64,000 nucleotides of DNA from Alphaproteobacteria bacterium (GCA_013697055.1 JACCXK010000142.1:1651-65650), one strand, 5' to 3'; counted from the stretch's first letter, positions 40,407 through 49,583 are shown. Notes: generated from the letters alone by a model not told the origin. Translations and numbers: made by a program.

Positions 40407-42851
40407 CTAGACCGGATTCGCTGGCTGCATGGCAGTCACGGGTTCGGCAATCTCACCCTCCGCTTCGGCGGTCTCAAACCGCCACCAGGACGCCGGCAGC
40501 AGCTTGGTCTGCATCGTCAGCCAGGCCATCCCGTATAGCGCCAGCGCGATCAGGTAAAGCGACGAAAAGCCCAAGCGCATGGAATTATATTCCAGCGCGC
40601 CGCCCAGCATGGCGCCCATCAGGTTGTAGGCCATGGCGCCGGATATGTTCTTGCTGCCCTTGAGCAGGGTCGAGAACACCATGCCGGAGAAAAACAGCGG
40701 CCCGACCAGGACGCCCACCAGCAGCAGCTGTTGCGGCAGGGTTGTCGCCCACGAACTTCCATGCACGGCGACGGCATAGCCGGCCAGTAGCACCGCGAAC
40801 AGGCCGACATAGGCGCCGTTCAACATGCGCTGTGTCAGGCGGCCGGCGCACAGGTTTGCCAGATACGCCATCACCAGCACGCTGATGATGGTGACACCCA
40901 CCACCTGCCAGGTGTTGCCGAACAACAGGCCCAGCTCGGTGATGGCCTTGGTTTCCACCAGCATGAAGCCGCCGCCCAGGAAGAAGAAGCTTAGCGCCGA
41001 AGGCTGCCAGGCCTGTGACGGAAGCAAAGCGCGCACCATCAGGAACGCCACGCCCAGCACCAGCGCCAAGAGGATCAGGTAGGTCTGGGGATACATCTTC
41101 TTCTCCAGATAGAAGAAGGGCCAGTCATCGCTGGGCAAGTCGAGCGCCTGGGCCGAAGCCGCCTGATAGGCCGGCGTCACATCCGTCAGCAGGCGATCCT
41201 TCATATAGGCCAGCGGCAGGCGCACAGGAGCCGCCTTGGCCACCATGAAGGTGGTGGTGTTGTTGCTGTCATAGCCGGTCAGGATCGCCACCGGCGCGCC
41301 CGCGTCCGGCAGCGTCTTGAGGATGCGGAAGATCTTCGCGCCCATCTGCTGGGTCTGCAGCGCGAAGGAAACGCTGAGCAACCCGCCGGGCTTGATGTGG
41401 TTGAAGGCGTCCTGCAGGCCTTCCTTGGTATAGACGAAGGAGTCCACCCGCATGTTGGCGCCATGGGACACCACGGTATGGGAATCTAGCACGCCATAGA
41501 CGATGGCATCGTAAGACGTCTGCGTGGTGCGCAGGAAATTGCGCGCGTCGTTGATGATGGAATGGACGCGCGGATTTTCGTAAGGATGCTCGGGATGATT
41601 TTCGATCCCCAGGTTGCGGATGACCGGATCGATCTCGACCGCATCGACATGGCCGGCCTTGTTGCGCAAGGCGGCCGCGACGTCATTGCCGCTGCCGGCG
41701 CCGACGATGGCGACCTCGTGCAGCGACCGGGCCGTCTTGAAGGGAAGCTCGTAATAACCCACGACCTTGCGCAGCTTCGGGTCGGTGTCGCGGTTGGCGT
41801 TTGACGGGCTGAGATCAAAGACTTTCTGGTAATAGCTGCCCGAAACCAGCAGCGACATCAGGCCGTTCGGCTGCGACGCCTTCTCGATCGTCTGGTAGGG
41901 CGAATAGATGGTCTGGATCATGGGCTGCATCGGCCAGGCGGCCACCAGGGCGCAGCCGATCGCGCTGCCAAAGGCGATTTTGCGCGCCGCGCGCGACGAT
42001 AGCTGGAAGACGGCAAGCCCCGCCGCCGCGATGCCGAACCACAGGGCCGGGCCCGCCCACATCCAGCTCAGCAGGAACAGCAGCGACACGCCGGCCGCAC
42101 TGCCCACCAGATTGTAGCCATAGCTCGCCAGCGGTTCCATGCGCTGCATCAGCCGGCCGCAGAACTGGCCCACCGGCAGCAGCACCAGGGCGTTGAGCAC
42201 GAAGGTCAGGACCAGGAGGCAATAGACCGGCAGGGATTGGGCGATGAAGCTCCCAAAGCTGGCATTGGGATCCAGGCCGAAAAAGACCGAGACTTCTTCG
42301 CGCACCGGAATGACCTGGAACATTTCGTTGCCGAACTGGCCGGTGCCGTAGCGCAGGAAACTGAAAGTGCCGATCAGCAGCAGCATCATCGGCAGCGCGG
42401 CCGCCAGGGTCAGGTGCTTGTCGCGCGCCTTGGCATAACCGATCCCCAACCCGCAGAAGCAGGACAGCAGGGTGAAGTTCTTGTAGAGGGCGAAGACCAC
42501 GAACAGCCCGGCTTCCCAGCGGATCAGCACCAGTTCCAGGAAGAGGCTGAGGCCGGCGGTGACGGCCACCGCCATGCGCACGGATTTGGGCGAAAGACTC
42601 TCGATCCGGCTTTCGATCTGGACGGAGCCGGCCTGCATCCAGTTTTCGGCCGCTTCGGTCCATCGTGTCGAAAGCGCGGCGATGTGTTTTCCGGCGATGG
42701 CCACCGCCGCGACGGCGATCGCAAGCATGGCCGTAACGGCCGTGACGACCAGCGCCTTGCCGGACAAAAATGGGCTGAGGAGCAGATGGAAGGCCGCAAA
42801 CAGCGTCAGCAGCACCGTGGCATAGGCCAGCAGCCGGACGGTGGAGGCCAT
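40407..42851 (-). CDS. Fused polytopic membrane / spermidine-synthase-like (aminopropyl- or methyltransferase-fold) protein (814 aa)
   Basis: From the ATG at 42851 (MASTVRLLAYATVLLTLFAAF…) there are many TM segments. A central module follows: VAIVGAGSGNDVAAALRNKAGHVDAVEIDPVIRNLGIENHPEHPYENPRVHSIINDARNFLRTTQTSYDAIVYGVLDS. About six more TM segments come after it. The 118 codons upstream in the track ORF overlap the next gene and look non-coding. Confidence 0.8.
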   Translation of the reverse strand: MASTVRLLAYATVLLTLFAAFHLLLSPFLSGKALVVTAVTAMLAIAVAAVAIAGKHIAALSTRWTEAAENWMQAGSVQIESRIESLSPKSVRMAVAVTAGLSLFLELVLIRWEAGLFVVFALYKNFTLLSCFCGLGIGYAKARDKHLTLAAALPMMLLLIGTFSFLRYGTGQFGNEMFQVIPVREEVSVFFGLDPNASFGSFIAQSLPVYCLLVLTFVLNALVLLPVGQFCGRLMQRMEPLASYGYNLVGSAAGVSLLFLLSWMWAGPALWFGIAAAGLAVFQLSSRAARKIAFGSAIGCALVAAWPMQPMIQTIYSPYQTIEKASQPNGLMSLLVSGSYYQKVFDLSPSNANRDTDPKLRKVVGYYELPFKTARSLHEVAIVGAGSGNDVAAALRNKAGHVDAVEIDPVIRNLGIENHPEHPYENPRVHSIINDARNFLRTTQTSYDAIVYGVLDSHTVVSHGANMRVDSFVYTKEGLQDAFNHIKPGGLLSVSFALQTQQMGAKIFRILKTLPDAGAPVAILTGYDSNNTTTFMVAKAAPVRLPLAYMKDRLLTDVTPAYQAASAQALDLPSDDWPFFYLEKKMYPQTYLILLALVLGVAFLMVRALLPSQAWQPSALSFFFLGGGFMLVETKAITELGLLFGNTWQVVGVTIISVLVMAYLANLCAGRLTQRMLNGAYVGLFAVLLAGYAVAVHGSSWATTLPQQLLLVGVLVGPLFFSGMVFSTLLKGSKNISGAMAYNLMGAMLGGALEYNSMRLGFSSLYLIALALYGMAWLTMQTKLLPASWWRFETAEAEGEIAEPVTAMQPANPV

Positions 42852-43017
42852 GATCTTGATGTATGACGACAAATCGCCCTCCGGTCGGTGCTTTGGACCA
42901 GTTTTCGCACGGCTTGGTTGATAAACGGTCAACGGGCCCGGCCCGCGGGCTGCTTTATGGCGGTTTGCCGAGCCTTGGCGGGGGTTTGGCGATGGGCGGC
43001 GGACGCACCGCCGCCTG

Positions 43018-44289
43018 CTACACGAAGTGGGTCTTGACCATCGTCTTGTTGATATCCGACAGGCTGGCGCATCCGGCGGCGGCGGCCACTTGTAAGAGTT
43101 CGGCTTGCAGAATCTCGAATACGCGCTGGGCGCCGGCGGCACCGAAGGCGCCAAGGCCCCAGCGGGCCGTCCGTCCCAGGCATACGCCGTTGGCGCCCAA
43201 GGCAAGCGCCTTGAAGATGTCGGCGCCGCGGCGGATGCCGCTGTCGAACAGCACGGGAATCCGGCCGTTCACGGCAGACACGATCTCCGGCAGGACTTCC
43301 AGTGTCGAGGGACCATAATCCATCGAGCGCCCGCCATGATTGGACACGACGATCGCGTCCGCGCCGTGCTCGATCGCCAGCTTGGCGTCTTCCGGATCCA
43401 GGATGCCTTTGACGATCAGCTTGTTCCTGGCGACTTTGCGCAGCGCGTCGATATATCCCCACGAGTACCACAGCCGCCTGTCGCTGACCCGGTAGCGCAC
43501 CGAACCGGGCACTGGTGGGCCACCGGCCGCCGCCTTGGCGGCAGCAGCAGCGGCAGCCGCGGCGGCGGCATTGCCGCCACCCGCGGTTGGTCCGCCGGAT
43601 GCGCGGCCGCCAAGATTGCGGATCAACAAGGTGCGCTCGTAAACCGAAGCCTGCTGATCGACGGTGACCACGATGTTTGTGACCCCGGCATCCTGCACGC
43701 CTGACAGCGCACGCTGCATGCTGTCCAGGTTTTCGATCGGGTAATGCTGCGCCCACAAGGTGCCGCCTTGCACCGTTGTTACAGCCGTCTTCGCCGTACC
43801 CGCAGTGGCCCCTGCCAGGACATCCACCATGCCGACCGCGGTGGCGCCTTTGAACATGCCCACTTCCCCTTCCGGGTGAATTTGGTTCTGTCCGGATGAC
43901 GGCCCCACAATCATCGGGAATTTCATTTTCACGCCCAGCAGCTCGGACGAGAGGTCGACCTGCGATGCCGGGACGGGCGCGCGCGTCGGCACGATATCGA
44001 CCCAGTCATAGGCCTGGCGGTTTCGCCGCAAGGTGAATTCCGACCCGTCGCCATGGGCGGTGTATTCATAGACCGACGGCAGCAGATTGCCCTCGAACAC
44101 GGGCTGGAAGTCGAACGACGTCCGCATCTCCGCCAAGCCCGGTATGCGGTGAACCGCGCTGAGGGGCTTGGTGGGATCCTGCTGCGCCACCGCTGCACCG
44201 ATCGGCGAAGCTGCCATGAATCCTGCCAGACGGGTCAGCGCCTTGCGCCGCGAAGGGCTCGCCGCCCACATCTTCTCGATATCAGCCAT
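43018..44289 (-). CDS. FMN-dependent alpha-hydroxy-acid oxidoreductase (glycolate oxidase/LldD family) with a Tat-type signal (423 aa)
   Basis: The N-terminal SPSRRKALTRLAGFMAASPIGAAVAQ is a Tat-type signal. Family motifs are present: LIVKGILDPEDA, IVVSNHGGRSMDYGPSTLEVLPEIV and IPVLFDSGIRRGADIFKALALGANGVCLGR. Confidence 0.85.
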   Translation of the reverse strand: MADIEKMWAASPSRRKALTRLAGFMAASPIGAAVAQQDPTKPLSAVHRIPGLAEMRTSFDFQPVFEGNLLPSVYEYTAHGDGSEFTLRRNRQAYDWVDIVPTRAPVPASQVDLSSELLGVKMKFPMIVGPSSGQNQIHPEGEVGMFKGATAVGMVDVLAGATAGTAKTAVTTVQGGTLWAQHYPIENLDSMQRALSGVQDAGVTNIVVTVDQQASVYERTLLIRNLGGRASGGPTAGGGNAAAAAAAAAAAKAAAGGPPVPGSVRYRVSDRRLWYSWGYIDALRKVARNKLIVKGILDPEDAKLAIEHGADAIVVSNHGGRSMDYGPSTLEVLPEIVSAVNGRIPVLFDSGIRRGADIFKALALGANGVCLGRTARWGLGAFGAAGAQRVFEILQAELLQVAAAAGCASLSDINKTMVKTHFV

Positions 44290-45433
44290 TGTTTTTCACC
44301 GAAGGAAGGCTCGCGTGAATCCGCACCAAGCTGTCATTGACCGCCGCCAGGTTTACCCGGCCGCACATCGCCATGATTCTGGCAAGGTCCGTCTGCAGCA
44401 ATTCGACAACACCTTGCACGCCATCGGCGCCATAGGCGGCCAGGCCCCACATGACGGGGCGCCCGATCAGCACACCTTTCGCACCAAGGGCCAAGGCTTT
44501 GAGGATATCGGCTCCGTAGCGAAAACTGCCGTCGGCCAGCACCGGCACCTGGCCGCCCACCGCCTGAACGACCGGCGCGATCAGCAGCAGCGTGCCCTTG
44601 AGCGCCGCGGCATTACCGCCGCGATAGTTCGACACCACCACGCCCTTGGCGCCGCGGGCGACGGCTTCCTTCGCATCTTGTGGGTGCGTGATGCCCTTTA
44701 CGATCACGGGCAGGGATGTGCCTTTGACGACGGCGTCCACCGCAGCCCAATCGATGTGCGCCGAATCTGGCGTCGCGGGCGCATTGGCAGATGGGCCGGC
44801 ATTCACGGTCACGATCACCGCCTTGGCGTTGGTCGCATGCGCTTCGGCGAGCACGTCTTTCAATTTGGGACTGTTCGCATAGACCTGCAGCCACAAGGGC
44901 GTCGTGAGGCCTTGCGCGATCGCCGCCAGGGGCATGCTCGTGTCGCTGCTCACCACCATCGCGGCTTTCGCCGCGGAAGCGCCGCGCGCCGTGGCGATCT
45001 CACCTTCGGGGTGGAAGCGTTTCTGGTCGGCCATCGGTCCGACGATGATCGGCGTGAAGTGCTGGTCGCCGAACAAGCTGGCGGTCAGGTCCAGGTCGCG
45101 GGTCGGAATATTCATCCGGGGGCGCAGGGTGATGCGGTCGGTGACGGTGAGGTCGCTGCCTGTAACTGGGGCCATCTTCGCCGCCCCCGCCACCAGGCGC
45201 GCCTGGGTTTCGTACTCGAACACATTCAGAAGGTCCGCGCGCGGCACTTGGGCCGGCGGTGGCAGCGGCATGCGAAGCGGTACACCGGCCAGGGCCTGCG
45301 CCGGTTCGTTCGCCGCCAGGAGGACTGCGCCCACCAGGCCGGCGGTCGCCATGACCTCGCGCCGCGACGCCAATGTTGCAGGCGGGTTGGTTTTTTCCGC
45401 CACCGCTGTCTCGTTGTCTGGCAATTTCATCAA
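44282..45433 (-). CDS. Divergent FMN-dependent alpha-hydroxy-acid oxidoreductase paralog with a Tat-type signal; catalytic His/Arg motif replaced (383 aa)
   Basis: LASRREVMATAGLVGAVLLAANEPAQA is a Tat-type signal. VIVKGITHPQDA is conserved. SNHGGR is replaced by VVVSNYRGGN, and GGIRRG by DGSFRYGADILKALALGAKGVLIGR. The gene overlaps the downstream paralog by 8 nt. Confidence 0.8.
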   Translation of the reverse strand: MMKLPDNETAVAEKTNPPATLASRREVMATAGLVGAVLLAANEPAQALAGVPLRMPLPPPAQVPRADLLNVFEYETQARLVAGAAKMAPVTGSDLTVTDRITLRPRMNIPTRDLDLTASLFGDQHFTPIIVGPMADQKRFHPEGEIATARGASAAKAAMVVSSDTSMPLAAIAQGLTTPLWLQVYANSPKLKDVLAEAHATNAKAVIVTVNAGPSANAPATPDSAHIDWAAVDAVVKGTSLPVIVKGITHPQDAKEAVARGAKGVVVSNYRGGNAAALKGTLLLIAPVVQAVGGQVPVLADGSFRYGADILKALALGAKGVLIGRPVMWGLAAYGADGVQGVVELLQTDLARIMAMCGRVNLAAVNDSLVRIHASLPSVKNNG

Positions 45434-45567
45434 GGCCCCGCTGGTGCTGGGGATAAAAGGTCATTTTCCCCAGCTTTGGCTCTTTTTATACAGGCCATAC
45501 CTGCGACCTTTCAAATCCTCAAATCCTGTTCCATTCTCTGCCCAACAAAACAGGTTGGGGAGCCTTC

Positions 45568-46632
45568 ATGCGCAAGTTCATCATCACCGGCCTGTTGGCC
45601 GCAGCCGTCGCCACGGCCGCGGCCGTCGCCACGTCTGCCCTGGCGCAATCGACACCGGCGCCCCAGATGGTGCCCAAGGCGGGGCCCGTCACCAAGGGGC
45701 CGTACCAGCCCCAGGCCATCCTGCCCGGCGGCATCGTGATGCCGCTTTATCCGGCTGGCTCGCCCTTCCTCAACGCCAAGCGCGTGTCGGAAGCGGAGAA
45801 ATACACGATGGACGCTGGCGTGCCGGGCCGGGTGGCGCGCATCGTCAACATCCACAATCCTTCGATTGAAGTGCATCTGGCGGGCGCCAACAACAACACC
45901 GGCACCGCCATCATCCTGGCGCCCGGCGGGGGTCATTCCACCCTGGTGATCGGGCTGGAAGGCGCCGATCCGGTGCCCTTCTTCTTCCAGTACGGCATCA
46001 ACACCATCATCCTGCGCAACCGGTTGCGCAGCGACGGTTATGAACCCAAGACCGATGGCGTCTATGACCTGCAGCAGGCCATCCGCACCGTGCGCGCCCA
46101 TGCCGCCGAATGGCATATCGATCCGCACAAGATCGGGGCGATGGGCTTTTCCGCCGGCGCCGAACTGACCATGGCCTCGGCGATCCAGTATCCGGAGTTC
46201 AACACCAAGAATGGCGGCGATGCGCTGGGCGCGGTGAGTTCGCGTCCCGATTTCGTCGGCTCGATCTATCCGGGACCATCACTCTTCACCCCGGCCTGGA
46301 CGACCAAGAACGGCGTACCGCCGATCCCCAAGGACGGGCCGCCCTCCTTCATCGCGGGCGCCGGCTGGCAGGACAAGATCCATGCCGTATGGGCGGGCGA
46401 ATATTTCACCGCCATGCTGAATGCCGGCATCCCCAATGTGGAGATGCACATCTATGCCCGCGGCACCCACGGCGCCGGGCTGCAATATCGCGACTTCACG
46501 GCCGAAGGCACCTGGCAGGACCGCTTCGTGCACTGGCTGCGCGACTTGGGCTTCTTCGGCAAGTCCGGTGAGGAAACCCTGGCGGCCAAGGATTCCGCCG
46601 CCTTTGTGACCGCACCGCCCGCCAAGCCGTAA
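45568..46632 (+). CDS. Secreted alpha/beta-hydrolase (esterase/lipase-like, 354 aa)
   Basis: Signal peptide MRKFIITGLLAAAVATAAAVATSALAQ. There is an LAPGGGHS oxyanion-like region and the nucleophile elbow GAMGFSAGAEL (G-x-S-x-G). Confidence 0.8.
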   Translation: MRKFIITGLLAAAVATAAAVATSALAQSTPAPQMVPKAGPVTKGPYQPQAILPGGIVMPLYPAGSPFLNAKRVSEAEKYTMDAGVPGRVARIVNIHNPSIEVHLAGANNNTGTAIILAPGGGHSTLVIGLEGADPVPFFFQYGINTIILRNRLRSDGYEPKTDGVYDLQQAIRTVRAHAAEWHIDPHKIGAMGFSAGAELTMASAIQYPEFNTKNGGDALGAVSSRPDFVGSIYPGPSLFTPAWTTKNGVPPIPKDGPPSFIAGAGWQDKIHAVWAGEYFTAMLNAGIPNVEMHIYARGTHGAGLQYRDFTAEGTWQDRFVHWLRDLGFFGKSGEETLAAKDSAAFVTAPPAKP

Positions 46633-46676
46633 GCGCTTTGTTGTTTCGCGGCTGAAACCGGCATCACCGGGGTAGA

Positions 46677-47303
46677 TCACTTGGCCGGCGTCAACCCGGC
46701 AAGCGAAAACCAGTGTTCATCTTCGCCGTGAACATTGAGAGAGATATCCTTCCAATCCGACATGTTTTGGAAGTCGGTGGCGCCGAAAATGCCGGCGGGA
46801 CAGGTTCCCTCGTGCCCCAGCGGCAGCACGATGCGCTCCCCCAGCCCGACGCTCTCCGTGGTCTTGTAGACCAGGCCCTGTCCGCGATAGAGCGCCGGCT
46901 CGCATACCACCCGCTTTGCGCGAATGAACGAACGGGGATACTTGTCGCTCGGACGTATTTCGGAAAGGCTTGCGCCTTTGAAAGGCTTGTTTGAAAGACG
47001 GGTGATTTTTTCACCTGCCAGGCGACCGATGAAATCATCCGCAACGGCGTCGTAGTCGTAGCACCACACAATGGGAAGCTGGCTTTTTATCGCGGCAGGA
47101 CGAATGTCATTCCAGGTCGGCAATTGGCCTTTATCGCAAATCTCGCGCCAATGCTGCGCCACTTCCTTGAGAGAAGTGGACGAAATCGTACTCTCGAACG
47201 CGGTATAAGCTCTCTCGAACTCGGCACTGACCACGAAGGCACCCTCGATTTGCCGCGCACCGTAACGGAGTGTTCGCCATGCGCAACCTCTGCAGAATGA
47301 CAA
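46677..47303 (-). CDS. PAS-fold protein (PAS_5/DUF1457-like, ~190-208 aa); start uncertain
   Basis: …HWREICDKGQLPTWNDIRPAAIKSQLPIVWCYDYDAVADDFIGRLAGEKITRLSNKPFKGASLSEI… is the pattern of the alphaproteobacterial stand-alone PAS family. Confidence 0.65.
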   Translation of the reverse strand: MSFCRGCAWRTLRYGARQIEGAFVVSAEFERAYTAFESTISSTSLKEVAQHWREICDKGQLPTWNDIRPAAIKSQLPIVWCYDYDAVADDFIGRLAGEKITRLSNKPFKGASLSEIRPSDKYPRSFIRAKRVVCEPALYRGQGLVYKTTESVGLGERIVLPLGHEGTCPAGIFGATDFQNMSDWKDISLNVHGEDEHWFSLAGLTPAK

Positions 47304-47391
47304 GAAATCAGCATGTGACCCGCGCTCTGATGAAGCATGTCTGCTTGCCAGGCCCTAGCAGTTCCCGTCCGGAAAGCGGCATAACCCATTC

Positions 47392-48564
47392 ATGAAATGG
47401 GATGTCGTTGTCATCGGCGCGGGCGCGGCGGGCATGATGTGCGCCGCTACCGCGGGCCAGCGCGGCCGCAAGGTGCTGGTGCTGGGATCGCACCATGCGC
47501 CTGGCGAGAAGATCCGCATTTCCGGCGGCGGACGCTGCAACTTCACCAACCTGGATGCTTCGCCGGCACAGTTCCTGTCGGCCAATCCGCATTTCTGCAT
47601 CTCGGCGCTCAGCCGTTACACCCAGCAGGATTTTATCGCGCTTGTGCGGCGTCATCGCATCGGCTGGCATGAAAAAACCCTGGGCCAGCTGTTCTGCGAC
47701 GGCTCGGCGGGACAGATCGTGGACATGCTGCTGGAGGAGATGGCCAAGGTAGGCGTGCAACTACGCCTGAAGGCCGAGGTGCAATATGTCGAAAAGACGC
47801 CGGAGGGCTTCAGCCTGCAGACCGATGACGGCAGGGTGCTGGAATGCCTCGCGCTGGTGGTGGCCACCGGCGGCAAATCCATTCCCAAGATGGGGGCGAC
47901 GGATTTCGGTTACCGGCTGGCGGCGCAATTCGGCGTCGCGGTCACGGAGACACGGCCCGCCTTGGTGCCGCTGACTTTCGAGGGCGAACTGCTGGAACGG
48001 CTGGAGCCGCTGGCCGGGGTGGCGGCGCCGGCGCGCGTCACTTGCGGCAAGACTGCATTCGACGAAGCCTTGCTGTTCACCCATCGCGGCCTCAGCGGGC
48101 CCGCCATCCTTCAGATATCGTCTTATTGGCGCGAAGGCCGGGAGATTGCCGTCAATCTGCTGCCGGGTGCGGATGCGCTGGCAGTGTTGCGCGCCGCGCG
48201 CCAGGACAATGGCAAGCAGGCGGCATCCACTTTTCTCGCCGCGTTGCTGCCGCGCCGCTTGGCGAAAATGCTCACCGAGACGGATGACGGCGCGCTGGGC
48301 GGACTGTCCGATGCCAGGCTGAAAGCCCTGGCGGCGCAAATCAATGACTGGCGCATCGCGCCGTCGGGCACTGAAGGCTACCGCATCGCGGAAGTCACCT
48401 TGGGCGGGGTGGACACCAATGCGATGGAGTCCAAGACCATGCAGGCGCGCGGGGTGCCGGGCCTGTATTTCATCGGCGAAGTGGTGGATGTAACCGGCTG
48501 GCTGGGCGGCTACAATTTCCAATGGGCCTGGTCGTCGGGCTGGGTCGCCGGACAATCTGTTTGA
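47392..48564 (+). CDS. NAD(P)/FAD-dependent oxidoreductase, HI0933/BaiN-like family (390 aa)
   Basis: MKWDVVVIGAGAAGMMCAATAGQRGRKVLVLGSHHAPGEKIRISGGGRCNFTN … GLYFIGEVVDVTGWLGGYNFQWAWSSGWVAG. Confidence 0.9.
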   Translation: MKWDVVVIGAGAAGMMCAATAGQRGRKVLVLGSHHAPGEKIRISGGGRCNFTNLDASPAQFLSANPHFCISALSRYTQQDFIALVRRHRIGWHEKTLGQLFCDGSAGQIVDMLLEEMAKVGVQLRLKAEVQYVEKTPEGFSLQTDDGRVLECLALVVATGGKSIPKMGATDFGYRLAAQFGVAVTETRPALVPLTFEGELLERLEPLAGVAAPARVTCGKTAFDEALLFTHRGLSGPAILQISSYWREGREIAVNLLPGADALAVLRAARQDNGKQAASTFLAALLPRRLAKMLTETDDGALGGLSDARLKALAAQINDWRIAPSGTEGYRIAEVTLGGVDTNAMESKTMQARGVPGLYFIGEVVDVTGWLGGYNFQWAWSSGWVAGQSV

Positions 48565-48571
48565 TAGCAAA

Positions 48572-48599
48572 ACGGCCCCGGTAGGATAACCGGGGCCGT
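48572..48599. terminator. Hairpin between convergent genes (possible bidirectional terminator)
   Basis: Stem acggccccgg / ccggggccgt (10 bp) with loop taggataa. There are no strong T tracts. Confidence 0.5.
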
Positions 48600-48617
48600 C
48601 TGCATTCCTAGCGCGAT

Positions 48618-49007
48618 CTAGCGGCCGCGATAGTCGTAACCATTGCCGCGATAGTTCTGGTAATTGCCGCGGTAGTCATTCTGGTAGCCGCCATTCTGAT
48701 AGCCACCCTGATACTGGTTCTGGTAGCCGTACTGATATCCATTCGGCGCATAGTTGGTCTGATAGGCGCGGTCGTCATAGCGATCACGGTCATTGTTGTG
48801 CGACGAGGCGGCGACAATGGCACCCAACGCAAACAGGCCGATACCCAACCCGATCAGCGCGCCGGTATTGTCGTGGCCGCGGCTATAGCCGCGGTTGTAA
48901 CCGCCATGACCATAGGATTGCGCGCTGGCGCCGGCGGTGCCCATCAGGGTCAGGGCCAAGACAGAGGGAATAAGGGTGGCACAAACGAGGCGTTTCATGG
49001 TCTTCAT
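48618..49007 (-). CDS. Secreted Gly/Tyr/Asn/Gln-rich low-complexity protein with a central glycine-zipper segment (129 aa)
   Basis: The signal peptide is MKTMKRLVCATLIPSVLALTLMGTAGASA. A GALIGLGIGLFALGAIVAA segment follows. The tail reads YQTNYAPNGYQYGYQNQYQGGYQNGGYQNDYRGNYQNYRGNGYDYRGR. Confidence 0.6.
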   Translation of the reverse strand: MKTMKRLVCATLIPSVLALTLMGTAGASAQSYGHGGYNRGYSRGHDNTGALIGLGIGLFALGAIVAASSHNNDRDRYDDRAYQTNYAPNGYQYGYQNQYQGGYQNGGYQNDYRGNYQNYRGNGYDYRGR

Positions 49008-49135
49008 CCTTCGAATGCGCGTCGGCTTCGGCGCGGTTGCAACGCGGGTTTGCGTTGTTGAAGACGATAATGATCCTTGCCGATGAACCCGGTCTGAACG
49101 AGACTCAGCACCTGAAATTCAGGAAAAAACCCGCC

Positions 49136-49459
49136 ATGACCAAGGAAGAAATCACCCAATGGGCGCTGGCCAATGGCTGGAGCATGGTCGATGGCGCCCC
49201 CAGCCTGACAAAGCCCGCCAAGCCCCATCCCGCCATCGTGCGGCTGGTGCTGAAGGCCACCGTGGCACAGGTCGAGATCAAGAAACCGGCCGGCAAGTGG
49301 GAAAAGGTCGCCGGCGAGAGCTATTCGAAGATCGAGCCCGATCCGGACAGCGGCATGCCCGGCGGGCTGGGTTTTGCCACCATTTCCGGCCTGACACTGC
49401 TGATGCAGGACAATAAGGACCGTCAAATGATGGCGCGCATGGGCGGTATGAAGCTGTAA
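49136..49459 (+). CDS. Hypothetical protein (107 aa)
   Basis: MTKEEITQWALANGWSMVDGAPSLTKPAKPHPAIVRLVLKATVAQVEIKKPAGKWEKVAGESYSKIEPDPDSGMPGGLGFATISGLTLLMQDNKDRQMM. I recognise no family. Confidence 0.5.
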   Translation: MTKEEITQWALANGWSMVDGAPSLTKPAKPHPAIVRLVLKATVAQVEIKKPAGKWEKVAGESYSKIEPDPDSGMPGGLGFATISGLTLLMQDNKDRQMMARMGGMKL

Positions 49460-49583
49460 TTTCGAGTTTCCCTATCTTTTTTGGGGTTTCGGAATAAAGA
49501 GGGGGCGAAAACTGTCCCCGCGGAGCATCGGGCAGGCGAGCGCAGCGAGCCGTCGCCCGTGCGACCAATTTAGAGAGTTCCCT

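Noticed and set aside
40221-40538. The 105-aa ORF beginning MEGVTGSIPVPPTIISRAEARLMMV
   Set aside because: It is a translation of the tRNA fragment (GSIPVPPT is the classic T-arm read-through) and of the 18-bp hairpin. It also overlaps the 3' end of the convergent membrane protein gene.
42852-43205. The N-terminal 118-codon extension of the 932-aa ORF 40407..43205
   Set aside because: The extension is Pro/Arg/Ser-rich and overlaps the 3' end of the FMN oxidoreductase gene in another frame. A good ATG at 42851 starts directly with a TM helix.
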